NCBI GenBank assembly: GCA_965153355.1
Contig: OZ231126.1
Span: 20,584,001 to 20,648,000 of the forward strand
Direction: 5' to 3'
Source: Flaccisagitta enflata
Taxonomy: Eukaryota
Length of the DNA: 64,000 nt
Shown: piece by piece, positions 50,492-64,000 of the stretch
Layout of the letters: each line of letters starts with the position of its first letter
Numbering within the stretch: the stretch's first letter is position 1
Made by a program: the position numbers and the translations under genes
The notes under the pieces: generated by a model
What the model was told of the DNA's origin: nothing
Database searches by the model: none
Seen by the model: the letters and a program-made list of their open reading frames with translations, nothing else

Positions 50492-51056
50492 AACAAGGCC
50501 GGATACACGGCTACCGAAGTTGCGTGCGGGTGGCAGGGGCCATATTTGAGGTCACCAGACCATTTGGGCAGGAGCAGTGAGGTCAAAGAAATAAAAACAT
50601 AAAAAAAGTAAAGTGTGACCAACCAACCGACCAACCGACCGACCGACCGACGGACAAAGCGGGTTGTAGAGTCGCGTGCACGCGACTAAAAAAAATGACC
50701 ATAATGATTATGAAATGCTATAGATTGAAAAAAAATGTATTAGTCTGCGCCTAGTTGACCTTTATGTCCCCGGACTTTAACTCTGAGTGCAAGAACAGAA
50801 AATTGTATAAAACATCATGTCAGTTGATTCAATATTAACAAGGCCGGATACACGGCTACCCCAGTCGCGTGCGGGTGGGCAGGGGCCATAATTGAGGTCA
50901 CTCCATCATTTGGGCAGGAGCAGTGAGGCCAAAAACCGCAAAAACCCAAAAAAAGTAAAGTGTGACGGACGGACGGACGGACCGACGGACGGCCCAACGG
51001 ACGGACCGACGGACCGACAAAGCGGGGTGTAGAGTCGCGTAGCACGCGACTAAAAA
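50492..51056 (-). mobile_element. Two adjacent DINE-1/HINE-like copies (50492-50692 and 50837-51056)
   Basis: Both match 35746-35941 end to end. Confidence 0.75.
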
Positions 51057-52136
51057 TCGAGGGTGCTTGGATCTTTTGTTTTTTTCGCACGGAATCCAAA
51101 ACAGATTTTCCAGATCCTTCCATCGATGCCGCCGCCGGGATTGTAGAAGCTGGCGCTCGGCCGTAGTGGTTTTTTCTTACACGCAGTTGAATTCGATTTC
51201 AGAGCCATTTTAGAACTGTTGAAACCTTCAAGCACATCTTATTCAAGCCCTACTAGTAGCACTACTAGTGCTACCCTCATTAAAATGAGTGCGTCCTATT
51301 GCCATTATTCTTTAATCTACAGCGCGCGCATATCTGATTGCGTTTCCTATTTAATGATTATGGAACAAAGTGTGTTGTATTCGGATCAGAACATGCAAGT
51401 ATTGGCCCAAGCGTTGAATCAGACACACCACTAGACACGAACACACATTCATACACACACACTTGGCGCCTGACATCGTGCATCATTAAGTAATTAATAA
51501 TATATGAAACGCAATGCGCTCACAATTTGCAATTTTACTCTTGACCTCATTATTTCATTGTTGATGACGATTGCTTTTTTTAAAAACATTCACAATGTAA
51601 TATCTCTGAAATTCTACCGATGACATTAAAGTCCTTAATCTCAATTGTTTTTGTTTTGTTTTTTGTTATATCAAATAATCGCTCTTTTTTTCTTATAAGA
51701 ACATGTTATTTTTTTCTGAAGCTCGATGTTCTTATTTCTAGAGCATTTTGAGCCTTAAATTGTTCTAAGGATGTTCTTATTTTTCTAATCGCCAGCTTAT
51801 GCGGGAATGTTTTCTTATATGATTATCTATCTTTGATAGCCAATTGAAAGAATATGAGAACTAAAATATCAATCACTAATATACCAAATTCAAATGTGAC
51901 ACTGATCAATGTCAATCGCTATAATAAAGCAGTCACAATTCTTTTTGTTTACAGCAACAAAAGAAGAATATCATTATAATCCTACATTGTGAGGCTGACA
52001 ATGTTCTTATGATTGTTCTTATTTTTTTCCACATCTGAGCCTCAATGTTCTTATAAACAAGGTTCTTAGTCAAAGAAAAGAGTGTAATGAAAGTTGGACA
52101 ACATTACTAACAGCTATGTAGGGTTATGTGTATCTT

Positions 52137-52730
52137 AACAAGGCCGGACACACGGGCCAAGACGGTGCGCCGGGCGTTACAAATTCTTAGACCTATCCCT
52201 AGCTCAATCAGACCCATCCCTAGCTCTATCAGACCTATCCCTAGCTCTATCAGCCCTATCCCGAGCTCAATCAGGCCCATCTCGAGCTCTATCAGACCTA
52301 TCCCGAGCCCTATCAGACATATCCCGAGCTCTACCCGACCTACCACTAGCTCTATCAGACCTATCCCCAGCTCTATCAGACCTATCCCCACACCTATCCG
52401 ACCTATCACCAGACCTATCCGACCTATCCCCAGCTCGATCAGACCTAACCGTCGCTAGTTATTTTAGTGAATGAAATGACGAGTATCATCAATCATTCAA
52501 TAATGAGCAAAATGAGTTTTTAATTGATTTCGAACATTTTCAGCGATTTTTCATTCGAGCGTGACCGACGGATGGACGGACGGACAGAGCCTCTTATAGA
52601 TGTGATATGGCGCATCTGGGAATCGCCCTAGCTTATTTCTTATTTATTTCCAGTGATTTTTGCTTCTTTTCAAAACCACCGACCGACCAACAGACAGAGC
52701 TAGTTATTGAGGTGCTATGGCGCACCTAAG
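52137..52730 (-). mobile_element. HINE-like element with an internal 21-bp minisatellite (about 52190-52450)
   Basis: AACAAGGCCGGACACACGG end, tandem CAGACCTATCCCTAGCTCTAT, AGGTGC..GCACCTAA end. Confidence 0.6.
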
Positions 52731-53218
52731 AAGGATAAAACTAAAATTTTCCTGTCGGACAGCTAATTGAAATTATCGAAATGTATCGGCAGAAGATCAG
52801 ACATAAAGGAAACCTGAGGGATGCAGATGCGAAGACATACGTGATTGTAATTACAAACGGGGATAGAAAAATCCAGAAAGTAACACGCGAACGCCCTGAA
52901 AAAAAAAACACACACCTACGCACGTATGCACAAACACGTACAATATGTCTGCGCAGTGTGCGCATGCATGCATGCACTTACACCATTTGCGCATGAACTC
53001 ACTCACTAAAAGCTCATATGCATAAAGCAGTGTACATCAATTTCGGCTGCCGCCAAAAAGAAGAAATGACATTTGTGTTTTTTGTTTCTTTCTTGAGGAT
53101 CGATTTTTTCTTAAGCATGTTAGTGAATGAAGATGCGATTTTATAAAACGCCGCATTATTGGATGTGATTTCAATATCGGCCTGGATTGGAAGCAGTTAG
53201 ATGATTACTAACCAAATA

Positions 53219-53706
53219 CACTTTTTTTATTTTATAAGAACGTCATTTCTTGAGCAAGCCTTCAATGTTCTTAAATTTTGAGCGGTTTCAAGGCTTGAAC
53301 GTTCTTAAATTGTTCTTAATTTAAACACACTTTTTAACCTTCAATTAAGAACATTTTTAATTATTTTATGTTTGTTATTAATAAGAAAATGAAGGAAAAT
53401 GTCAATGAAATAACAAAGCAGCAGGTTTAAACATTATAAGTGAATAAAAGATTAATAAAAGTAGAAAGATATATACTTTATAAAGTGGAACTTGATTTGC
53501 TGAACAGAGTCTCTTGATTTACAAAGAACAATCGATTGAAAAAAGCCCAGAGAAAAAATGTTCTTAAATTTTTAAGATTTTAAGCTTAATGTTCCTAAAT
53601 TTTTGAAGAAATAAAGCCTTTGAATGTTCTTAGCATGTTCTTAAATTTTTGATGATTTGAAGCCTAACGTTCTTATAAACTTGGTTCTTATAAGATAAAA
53701 AAAGTG
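53219..53706. mobile_element. TA-flanked MITE (CACTTTTTTT..TATAAGAAC family)
   Basis: Same TIR type as 31291-31715. Confidence 0.7.
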
Positions 53707-54497
53707 TATAGAAATGGAAAGCCCGTACGAGGTGAGATGTCGACGTCAGAAGAGGCATGAGAAAATCTCCTCATCGCGGCGCTTAAGCCGACAGTAGCGG
53801 TCAGAGCTGACGCTACAAACCAGTTGCCCAAGGCGGCTCAATAGAGAATTCGGGTTGCCTCTTCACCCTGAACGCACATTACTCAAATGAATGGACACAA
53901 GTCATTAGGGGCCATCAATCATTCATTCATCCACTTTTCAGCTCCACAATATGATTTTTTCTGTCCCTCATGCTATTATGTAGCGAGGGGCCATCAATCT
54001 TTCAATCATACCCGTTTACATGTACAATATACCATTTACTTGATGCCATTAATTGGTTGTGTTTGTATCTGTCGCTTTTATATGCTTACAAACTGAAGAA
54101 CATATATAGGGCAGCGGCTGCGGTCGGCCCAGTGCTATAAAGTAATTATTGATGACTCACTACACTCAATTGTCTTTGACACTTTACCATGTATATGAAC
54201 ATGAAATTGAACAATTTCATTTACTTGTATTGTTCTGGCTTTTTGTTTTCTGTCTTTGGTTATCGCTACATGTTTCTTGCATGTGAATAAACTTGATATA
54301 ACTTGATATTGGGAACGACAGGTGACTTGTTAGTCTGCTCGTAAACTGGTCCCCCTTTTGCCTCAATATTGATGGCGAAGTCAGGAATAGGAAGTCGGGA
54401 AAAAAGATAAAAGCGAGAAACTCTGGTATATGGGAGCTTGAGATGAAAATGTTTTAGTTGAATGAATCTACAGATAGAATTAGAAATGGAGAAAAAT

Positions 54498-54736
<239 letters not shown>

Positions 54737-55369
54737 GGACGGGCTTACAGATAGATACACAGAGAGACAGAGGCTTAAATCAAAGACGTGATAGACAAAA
54801 CGAAAACAAAAAAGTTTTTTTCCCCCCATTTTATTCGTTTTCTGCATAACATTACAACAGAGATCAAATCGCGCGAAGCGAAATTGGACCACACACGAAC
54901 TCCGTCGAACATCGAAGGCGCCCTTTGGCGGTGAAACACAAAAACACTCATCATCTTTTTCGGCTTCATCGTCGTCGTTGTCGTCGTCATCGTCGTCGTC
55001 AGCGTTGTCATCTCCATCTTCATTATCGTCATCTGACATCGTTGTCGTTGCTATCATCGTCGTCATTTAACTTTTTGCTGACAACATCAGTCATGGTTTT
55101 CATCGTTGACGTCCTCATTTGCAACTGTAATTGTTTTTTTTTGTCATTGTTAAGTGTAAACGTCATCATCGTCGTCCACTTCGTCATCGTCGTCTCTCTC
55201 ATCGTCGTCATCTTCTTTGACAGACATTTGCGCCGAAGCGGCGCTCGAAGCCGCTGCGACTTTTGACAACCGTAATAAATATAATTTTATCTCTTTTATT
55301 GTTCTCTTTTTTTTCTTTTAAACTGTGTTTTGTTCAGTCGCATTTAAAGCAATAAAAAAAAGAAGATAA

Positions 55370-55663
55370 TGAGGTTGAGGTTGAGGAAGAGAAAAAAAAA
55401 TGCCAATAATTGAGAAGAAGAAAATGCTGAAGAAGGAGGCAAAGACAAGGAAGAAGATGGAAGGAGAAAAACCAGAAGAAATAGAAAAAAGATGGAGAAT
55501 ATGAAGAAGAAGAACAAGAAGGCAAAGATAAAAAAGAAAAAAAAAAACAAGAAAAAGATAAAAGAAGAAGAAGAAACATAACAAAAAAAAAGAAAAGAAG
55601 AAAAAGAAAAAGAAAAAGAAAGAAAAAGAAAAGGAAAAGGAAAAGGAAAAGAAAAAAAAAAAG

Positions 55664-55743
<80 letters not shown>

Positions 55744-55995
55744 AAGGAAGAAGGAAGGAGAAAGAAAGAAAAAGAAGAAAGAAGAAGAAAAAGAAGAAGA
55801 GAAAAGAAGAAAAGAAGAAGAGAAGAAGAGAGAAGAAGAAGAAGAAGAAGAAGAAGAAGAAGAAGAAGAAGAAGAAGAAGAAGAAGAAGAAGAAGAAAGA
55901 AGAAGAAGAAGAAGAAGAAGAAAAGAAGAAGAAGAAGAAGAAAGAAGAAAAGAAAAGAAGAGAAAGAAAGAGAAAAAGAAGATGAAGAAGAAGAT

Positions 55996-56028
<33 letters not shown>

Positions 56029-56100
56029 AAAGAAAAAGAAAAAGAAAAAGAAAAAGAAAAAGAAAAAGAAAAAGAAGAAGAAGAAGAAGAATGAGAAGAT
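55370..56100. repeat. Polypurine tract: (GAA)n, (GAAAAA)n and poly-A
   Basis: Read directly from the sequence. Confidence 0.95.
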
Positions 56101-56717
56101 GGGGGAGCAAATGAGACAAGGGAAAAGTAAAGATTACAAGGCCGGATACACGGCCTGGAGTCGCAGGCGATTGGCCAGGGGCAATGATACAAAACCGCTT
56201 GCTTACCATATGTGGCCGACCGACCGACACACCAATCGCTAGCGTCCTTTGTCCGCGACTAAAAAGTCAATTTAACGCGAGCGACGAAAGAGGGTGAGGA
56301 GGATAAATTGTCTCTCGATATTTTCCGCCGTCGATCCCCGGCATCATTTTTTCCGGAGAATCCCTTTCTTAAAAGTCTCGGTCGATGAAAAATGGACTAC
56401 ATCACCAGGGACTACTATCATTACTATTATTGTTACTATTAATTATTCAACCAAAACTACACTAAAGGCAATAAACCATCTGCAGTTTGCAGTCTCTTGG
56501 GGTCTAGTCTATGTGGAATTCACTTTCAACTTCAAGAAATGTATCCTCATTAACTTATCTTCACTAGAACGGTATACATGACAGAATCTTTGATGTCGTT
56601 TATCGTTAAGAAGACCCTTTAGGTCTTCGCGTCAGAAACGTCATCAGAGATCTCTTTTCGCAGACCCCAAGGCAATAAAGAGCTGTAACTCTTTCGACCG
56701 TTACCTTAAGTACGTGT

Positions 56718-57925
56718 CAGAGTTGTGACGATTTTTTATTTTTCAGTATCGACCGGGTCGATTGAATCATGGTCGATCCCCCCCAAAAAATCGACTATGT
56801 ATCGACCTTGGGCGATTTTTTGCCTGTTAGCCTTTTGCATTTGCTAGGTGCGCCTTTGAGTCAGGATGCCAGATCAGTTTTCTGAATTATTTCAAAGTGA
56901 AGCGCCCCATGGCGGTGCCGTTTTTAGTTAAGATGTTTTTTACAATAACAACTCACTACAGGTATCTCTTATACAAAGGGCATTCCAATTAAGTCATATC
57001 TTGGGGTAAAACAATGAGCATGGTCATTTTAAAGACCTTTGAAAATCTTCCAAATGCGACGTTGCTGGTCTCAGTAACTTTATTCGTTTAGAAATGGCAA
57101 AGAATTGAAAAAAAAATATCACTGATTGAAAAATAGTAATACAACACAGAAATGTCATAGCTACATGATATCCGTGATCAAATCAAAGAACTTTGTATCT
57201 TTTTTTTTTTCATGGCACCAAGAACGAATTTCTAACTCAATGCGTTAAGTTTCTATGTTACGACAAAGTATCCTGCAGTGAGTTTTCATATTCTGACCAC
57301 GTGTCTTTGTCCTTATTTCTTTTCTAAACAGATAAAGCTAGAACATCCAGCAAGGTTTCACCAGAAAGATGTTTTGCAGAGCTTCAAAATAGTCTCTGAT
57401 TTTGCTATGTTTTTCCCATTGCTTTGGTAATAAACACTGACAAACATGTTGTTCGGTTTATATTTTTGCCAAAATAAAAAGCAGGGGTGTATATAATTGA
57501 GCAGCTTTTTATTTTATTCCCCCCCCTGCCTTTGATTTTCTTCCCTGCGACGCGTCGCGTTGTGTTACAAAATCTATGATTTTCTTCCCCACAAAGCAAT
57601 AAAACAGTACATTATAGGTTTAAATAGTGTTAAAATGTGTTGTAGCAATCAGAGACTACCATTTTGAACTACCAAATGTGTTAAATCCTCAAAAACTTTC
57701 TTTTTTCTTCTTTTTTAGCTTTTGATTTTTTTCCCCATCTCCAAACCCTTTGATTTTATTCCCCCCCCGCCGGGGGGGGGGGGAATGCTCAACTTTATAC
57801 ACGCCTGATAAAAAGACAAAAAATCGACCCGATACATTTGTGTTTTGGTGAATCAGGAAGATTATCTAAGAATATAGGAAATCGACCCGATAAATCGGCC
57901 AGTCGATAGTATCGTGACATCTCTG
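56718..57925. mobile_element. Non-autonomous hAT-like element, 8-bp TSD GTACGTGT
   Basis: TIR CAGAG(T/A)TGT(G/C)ACGAT with subterminal TCGA motifs. TSD at 56710-56717 and 57926-57933. Confidence 0.8.
57482..57807. mobile_element. Nested MITE with 8-bp TSD ATAAAAAG (hAT- or P-like)
   Basis: TIR CAGG(G/C)GTGTATA.A.TTGAGCA. TSD at 57474-57481 and 57808-57815. Confidence 0.75.
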
Positions 57926-57992
57926 GTACGTGTTATAGGTTTAATAACAAATAACGTTTATAATCAACGACAATACAATTTTTCTTGTTCAG

Positions 57993-58589
57993 TTTAAAAA
58001 ACAAGACCAAATTGATTCCTCTCGACTCCCGGTCAAATTCGATGGCCGGAAGTTTAAATGCTGGATTTCCTTCATTTCCGCCCGTAATGGCGCCATTTCC
58101 AACAAACACATTTCCGACAAACACATTTCCGGCAAATTCCGTGATCTATCCCGGTAACAATAACCCAGCCGGACACGCTCTCGCCAATGGTCATAATATC
58201 TTCGCTAACAGTCACATTTTCGCTAACACTAACATCAACGCTAATCATCAAGCTTTTGACAAAAGACATGGCTTCACTAACAGACAAACAATTTCCAGTG
58301 GGTCATCGTTGATGCCAGACAGCGCGCCCTTGTCTCTTCAGCGACATTCGCATTCTGGTTGGTCATGAATCATATTTCTGTCTTTCTGTCTCTCTCTTTG
58401 TATTTGCCGATTGTCTCCCTCTTTGTATCACTCTGTCTGTCTGTCTGTCTGTCTTTGTCTTTGTGTCGTTGTTTCTGTGTGTGTATGTTTGTCTGTATTT
58501 GTATCTCTGTCTGTCTGTTTATCTATTTTTCTCTGTTTCTGTCTCTATCTCTGACTCTATATCTGACTGACTGTTTGTCTTTCTGTCTT

Positions 58590-58623
<34 letters not shown>

Positions 58624-60006
58624 ACTCTCTCTCTCTCATACCTAACGAAACTGTTCCCCCATCAGGCTCAACACTTCATTCTTGTACCATGGATTCTTCT
58701 ACGACCATCTCCCCTCAAAACCCTCATTTTCCCCACTCTCAAACTTTGGGTCAAAGCGCTTCTATGCCACCTGAAGGCGCCCACGCATCTCCGTCGTCTC
58801 CACATGGTGCGTTCTCGAACGGTTTAACATCAAACAATGAAAGTCCAGCCTGGTCCAGCCGGGTCCAGCCGGGTCAACCCGTTTGTACAATATGTCATTG
58901 TTAGTGGTAAATCTTCAGAGGCGTCACCGAATATCCGAAAGAAGGCCTTCAGTCCGTCGGTCCGCTGGTCCGTTCCTCCGTCTGTACTGTTTTGAGAGAG
59001 AGATTTGAAACCCTAGGTCTTGCAATTTTTAGGTGCGACAAAGCACCTCTTTAACTGGCTGTGTCCGTTGGTTGGTTGGTCTGTCTGTGGGGTAACGCAT
59101 TCGTTCGACGATCCACACGTCGCACCTTATTGGCCTACTTGGCCTTGTTACATGATATTTCGCTTTCTCGTTAATTTGTTGCAGGCGATTTGATGTACCA
59201 ACCCCCTTCACATCAAGCTCATCTATCTCCTTATCTCCATCCAACTCATCCCGCTCATCCAGCTCACCCTGCTCATTCGTATAACGCTCATCTCACTGAT
59301 GGATTCGATCATTTAGCGGCACATTTGGATTTCTTTAGCAGGTGATTCTGACAGTTGCCTTATGTTTACGGATGCAGTCAGTGTGTATTGGACTGTTTAT
59401 TTTGTACACTGTAATGTTCACTTAATTGTTCAATCTGCTGGATGTACCCAGTTTTTCAAGGGTCCAGTCGTTTCGAAATTGGGTCATTGAGCCTAGAACT
59501 ATATGGGATATTGTTCCACTCCCACTCCAATGCAACAACAATCAGTCATTCAGTGCCATGATATTGCTGACTTCCACGCAATTGATTTTTTCCATCCCAG
59601 TCGGTTCGATCGGCGTTCATTGCCATCATCCGGTTTTGTTCACGGCCACCATCCTCACTTCGTCAATCAATCATCATATGCTGCCAATCATGGCTTCAAC
59701 GCACCCGTCAACAATCAAAGCCACGGTGGTAGAAATCAACATCATCAACATCCCAGCCTTAGTGTACATTATGGACACGGTTTCCCCCATGGTCTTGGGG
59801 GCTCGTATCGTGAACAGGCATCCGGAGTCAACGCAACCATCTCATCCTCTTCCTCCGCATCCTCATACTCATCTTCTTCCGCGTCTCAATATCGTAACTA
59901 CCCATCGAGTCTTCCGTCAACAACGCTGCCGCCGCCATCTTCGAGCTGTTCGTCGAATGAGAATCATGATATTTCTTCGTCAACTTGTTGCTCTTCCGGT
60001 GAATGA
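57993..60006 (+). CDS. His/Ser/Pro/Asn-rich low-complexity protein (partial model)
   Basis: Candidate exons about 57993-58357, 58666-58821, 59185-59341 and 59497-60006, with coherent composition ([16 protein letters not shown], poly-Ser). The last junction is not phase-resolved and no domain was recognised. Confidence 0.5.
59025..59148 (+). mobile_element. DINE-1/HINE-like element (AGGTGCGAC subtype)
   Basis: TTTTTAGGTGCGACAAAGCACCT..GTCGCACCTTATTGGCCTACTTGGCCTTGTT. Uninterrupted version of 2625-3000. Confidence 0.7.
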
Positions 60007-60886
60007 ATCGTACAACAGTGAAAATTACGCTCCTCTACAAGAGAGTGTGTCTGTCCGACTGTTGGTCAATCGGTTATGAACAAGGCCAAGAAGATTTAAC
60101 GATGCGTCCTCTCTAAATGAATGTATTTATGATTGAATGTGTTTCAATTGATGAATGGTAGTTATGAATGAATGAATGACTTCACCAATGAAATATTCAA
60201 AGTACACTACTTTTACTGGGTTGATACTACTTTTCTGTTGAAAACACACAGTGAATGCATTATCAACAGACCAACCAACGGACATAGCCTTGTATAGGGA
60301 TGCGGGAAAGTATCTAAAAGGTGTAAAAAGACCCCCCTTCCGCGTCGCGTAAGAATTGCTCTCCTTGAGTGCAAAACTGCAAATGTCGTGAGGCTTCAAT
60401 TGTGTTTTATTACACTGTTGAATGAAGCAGTTCCGAGCAGTTAAAATGGAAAAATCTGACGATGTTTCAAAAAGCAATGAGTATAAGCTTAGACGCCACA
60501 TGTAGCATATCTTTAAATCAAAAGCGCTTTCATTATTTGGAGATACAAGATTAGCAGGTTTCTCGGACGCTCTGCCACACAGGTAGGACTTCCTCAAAAA
60601 CATCAAAAAAATAATTTGTCATCCGACACACGACAACGAGCGGCCCCGAATACGCGACCAAAAATCCGTCCTTTATTGGCAATTACTTTTTAGCGGCCCA
60701 TGCCATGTGTCCTTTTCTCACTAACACCGCCCAAATTCACCTATAAGTAATCAGTAATGTGGCCTCGTCTCTTCTTCTTTCTGTCTCATGCAGGCTTTGA
60801 ACGCGACTCAGTCAAATCGGAAATGACGGAAATTCGAGCGAATGTTGGATCGCAAAGATTGGGCAGGAATTTGGGTGAGTCAATTA

Positions 60887-61131
60887 AAGGGCGTGTTTCT
60901 AGTGACGACAACTATCGCGTTCATTCTCGTGTAACGCGTAAACAGCGTGAACACATTATCAGAAATTTCAACTGTCCCAAGAGGGATTGAGCGAAGTGAG
61001 TGAGCGAGCCCGTGAATGGATCGTAGCCCTGCGGAGCGAGTGAGCGGAGTATGCGATGCCAGCGAACTAACAGAGCGAACGACCGAGTGGCCCTTACAAA
61101 AAGCGTTTGTCTCGTGTGGAAACAAGCCCTC
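60887..61131. mobile_element. Short repeat/MITE with AGGGCGTGTTTC ends and (GAGC/GAGT)-rich interior
   Basis: AGGGCGTGTTTC / GAAACAAGCCCT. Reverse-complement copies at about 49400-49633 and 29855-30052. Confidence 0.6.
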
Positions 61132-61462
61132 AGTGTTACTTTGGACATCAATGTCACCACGGCCCACCATCTCCGTCGTCGTCTTCAGTATCTTCATCAT
61201 TGCCATTGATGCCATTAAAAAAGGCATTATGATCAACATTGTCATATAATCATCATTCATAATTGCAGTCGTTGTCATCATCGGTTTCATTATGATTGCA
61301 ATCGTTGTTAGTGCCCTCATGATGATCATCTTTATCATTGCCATCGTCGCCGTCATCATCGTCATTGTTGCCATCGCTGTCATCATTGTCGTCAAAATCG
61401 TTGTCGTCATCGTTGTCGTGATCATCGTGGCCATCGTGGTCATCGTCGTTGTCATCAGCGTG

Positions 61463-61507
<45 letters not shown>

Positions 61508-61915
61508 GACGTCATCGTCGTCGTCATCGTCGTCATCGTCTGTCCTTTTTTTTGCAGCGACGGCGGCGGTAAAATTTCCTTTGATCTCAGTTCTTTTTTA
61601 CCGCCGAAACGATTTTTGTCTTTCCCTCGCAAATAAAATAATAACGTGTATTATATGTTGGTGTCGTTACTCGTGTGGGTGGGTGGCAGCTTTTGGGTGG
61701 TATAGGTGATAAAAAGAAATAGTAATTTTTTTATTCTTTTCAGACGATTGCTCGTGTGGCTCGTGTCTGGTCGATGAACTATGTCTATGAGTAGAAGATT
61801 TAGATTTGTGAGCTGTGTTTATGTAATTACATCATCAGAGATGGAGGGATTAATGCAAAAGTCATTCCTCTTTCCTATTGATTTACGCAATTTTCCTTGA
61901 GCATCAGAGTTCATA

Positions 61916-62239
<324 letters not shown>

Positions 62240-62771
62240 ACACATACACACATATACATAGATTACCGTTTCTTACCCCTTTCTACCCGATCACTTTGTC
62301 TTTCTTTCTGTCTCCCCACCTCAGACCATCTACTGTTACGCTTGAGCCATCCCCATACATCGCATAATCGCAATTCCCTTGCCTATCTTTCCCTCTCTTC
62401 ATGTCTTCCTTACTCTACATCTTGTTTTCCCCAATGTATCTCCTCCGTATTTAATCCCTCCAGCCAATCTGTTTTTATGCTCCTAGATTCGCTCTACATG
62501 CTGGTTAGCCTTTTTTCTTTTTTTCTGTTAGTCATTTGCTAATCCGTCCGTTGTTCGTATAATGCTTCACTAGAGGCTAGGCCGTTTTTGGCTTGTATGT
62601 CAAATTCTCAATTTAGGGCAGATTTGTTCCTAAATTGGCTTTGTTTTCCCACGAGAATTTTAGCGCATGACAAGTAAAGCAAATTTTTTCGCTGTACCCA
62701 AACCGAATTTCACCGATTTCTTAGTATTTGTCCCCATTTTGTCTGTCTGCCTCTGTCTGTCTGTCTGTCTA

Positions 62772-62811
<40 letters not shown>

Positions 62812-63054
62812 ATTGTGTTCCTCCGAATTGCACGGATTTCTTAGTGTTTCTTCTCATTCTGTCTGTCTGACTCTCTGTCTGTCTGTCTGTCTGTTTCTGT
62901 TTCTCTCTCTCTCTCGCTCTCGCTCGCTCTCTCTCTCTCTTTCTCTCTCTCTCTGTCTGTCTGTCTGTCTGTCTGTCCCTCCAAATTGCACGGATTTCTT
63001 AGTATTTTTCTCTCATTCTGTCTGTCTGCCTTTCTGTCTGTCTGTTTGTCCGTG

Positions 63055-63091
<37 letters not shown>

Positions 63092-63217
63092 GTCTCTCTC
63101 TCTGTTTCTCTCTCTCTCTCTCTCTGTCCCTCTCTCTCTCTCTCTCTCTCTCGCTCTCGCTCTCGCTCTCGCTCTCTCTCTCTCTCTTTCTTTTGATTCC
63201 CAATCTATTTTCTCGAG

Positions 63218-63667
63218 ATTTGACATCAATCAATGCCGTTTGGGAGATTGTTGGTTCTTGGCCGCTTTATCCGCTCTCGCCGCGCCGTCAACCAGGAAGC
63301 ATTTTCCAAAGCAGTGCCTCGTCGACAGGATTTTGACTCTGAAGATTACGACGGCAGTTTTCACTTCTATCTTTGGTGGCAAAACAGAAGAATGTTGATC
63401 GAGATTGACGACAAATTACGCTTCTTCAAACGAACCCACAGCTCTTACGAATTACTTTACTTCAAATCGAACGACGGAAACGAGTTTTGGCCGGCTTTGA
63501 TGGAAAAGTCCGTCGCGAAGAGTGGAAGCTGGAGTGGTCCGACGACAGTCTGGCTTGGAACCAGGTCGACGACGATGAGAAACGGAGTAGACGGAGAATT
63601 TTGGAGGAAGCTGAATGATTTCTGCGACCAGTTCTCCATCGTTTTCATCTGTAAATTGCGTTGTTGA
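63218..63667 (+). pseudogene. Calpain (CysPc domain) pseudogene
   Basis: RFDINQCRLGDCWFLAALSALA, FHFYLW..IEIDDKL, NEFWPALMEK, EW..EWSDDS..WNQVD and DGEFW..L.DFC..F..V.IC lie in different frames. The catalytic His/Asn region is missing. Confidence 0.8.
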
Positions 63668-64000
63668 GAAGCGGAGCTCTTTAAATGTGAAAAAAAACAC
63701 TAATTTGCATAATGCAGTAGAAGCCAATTTTGATGTCTAAAAGATGTATAAAAGAAATGTAGTTAGGCGCAATCAAAGCTTTAAATGCGTAAACAAAAAA
63801 CATTGTAAGCGCCAAAGAAAATAAAATAAAATTAACAATACTGAAAAAATTAACACTGCTATAATTGTGGTTAGAACAAAAATAGATTAGATTTCTTTGA
63901 AATGAACTGGTCAAAGAAAAACTTCTGGAAAGCGTAATGACGTAACCTCAAGTCCTGCATACCGCTCCCTGACGGGGAGGAAGGGTAGTGTTGGACCTTT

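Noticed and set aside
60880-61709. Met/Thr-rich and Val/Ile-rich ORFs
   Set aside because: They come from a degenerate (GTC/ATC)n trinucleotide tract plus a MITE.

Overview
Intron-rich animal (invertebrate-type) genomic DNA, saturated with microsatellites and non-autonomous DNA transposons. Most ORF-track entries are repeat artefacts. All gene models below were spliced by hand using GT-AG sites and phase checks; no database searches were run. Plus strand: a 14-exon EF-hand-type rhomboid protease (646-8563) and two small orphan genes with C-terminal membrane anchors (9.5-14.7 kb). These are followed by a tandem cluster of three claudin-superfamily genes (16.2-33.0 kb). All three lack the canonical ECL1 cysteine pair, and they carry different cytoplasmic additions: a short tail; a Gly/Ser-Tyr prion-like tail; and a large repeated Ser-motif loop plus an acidic/Gly-Ser tail. 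Further on are a His/Ser/Pro-rich low-complexity gene (58-60 kb) and a calpain pseudogene (63.2-63.7 kb). Minus strand: an H-type-lectin-like terminal exon with an upstream acidic/coiled-coil exon, and an apparently stand-alone ADAMTS Cys-rich/spacer module with a candidate signal-peptide exon. Mobile DNA includes Tc1/mariner-, hAT-, Mutator-, Transib- and Chapaev-like MITEs (many with readable TSDs, several nested), large foldback elements, and many DINE-1/HINE-like (Helentron-type) elements. The claudin cluster is the most promising novel biology.
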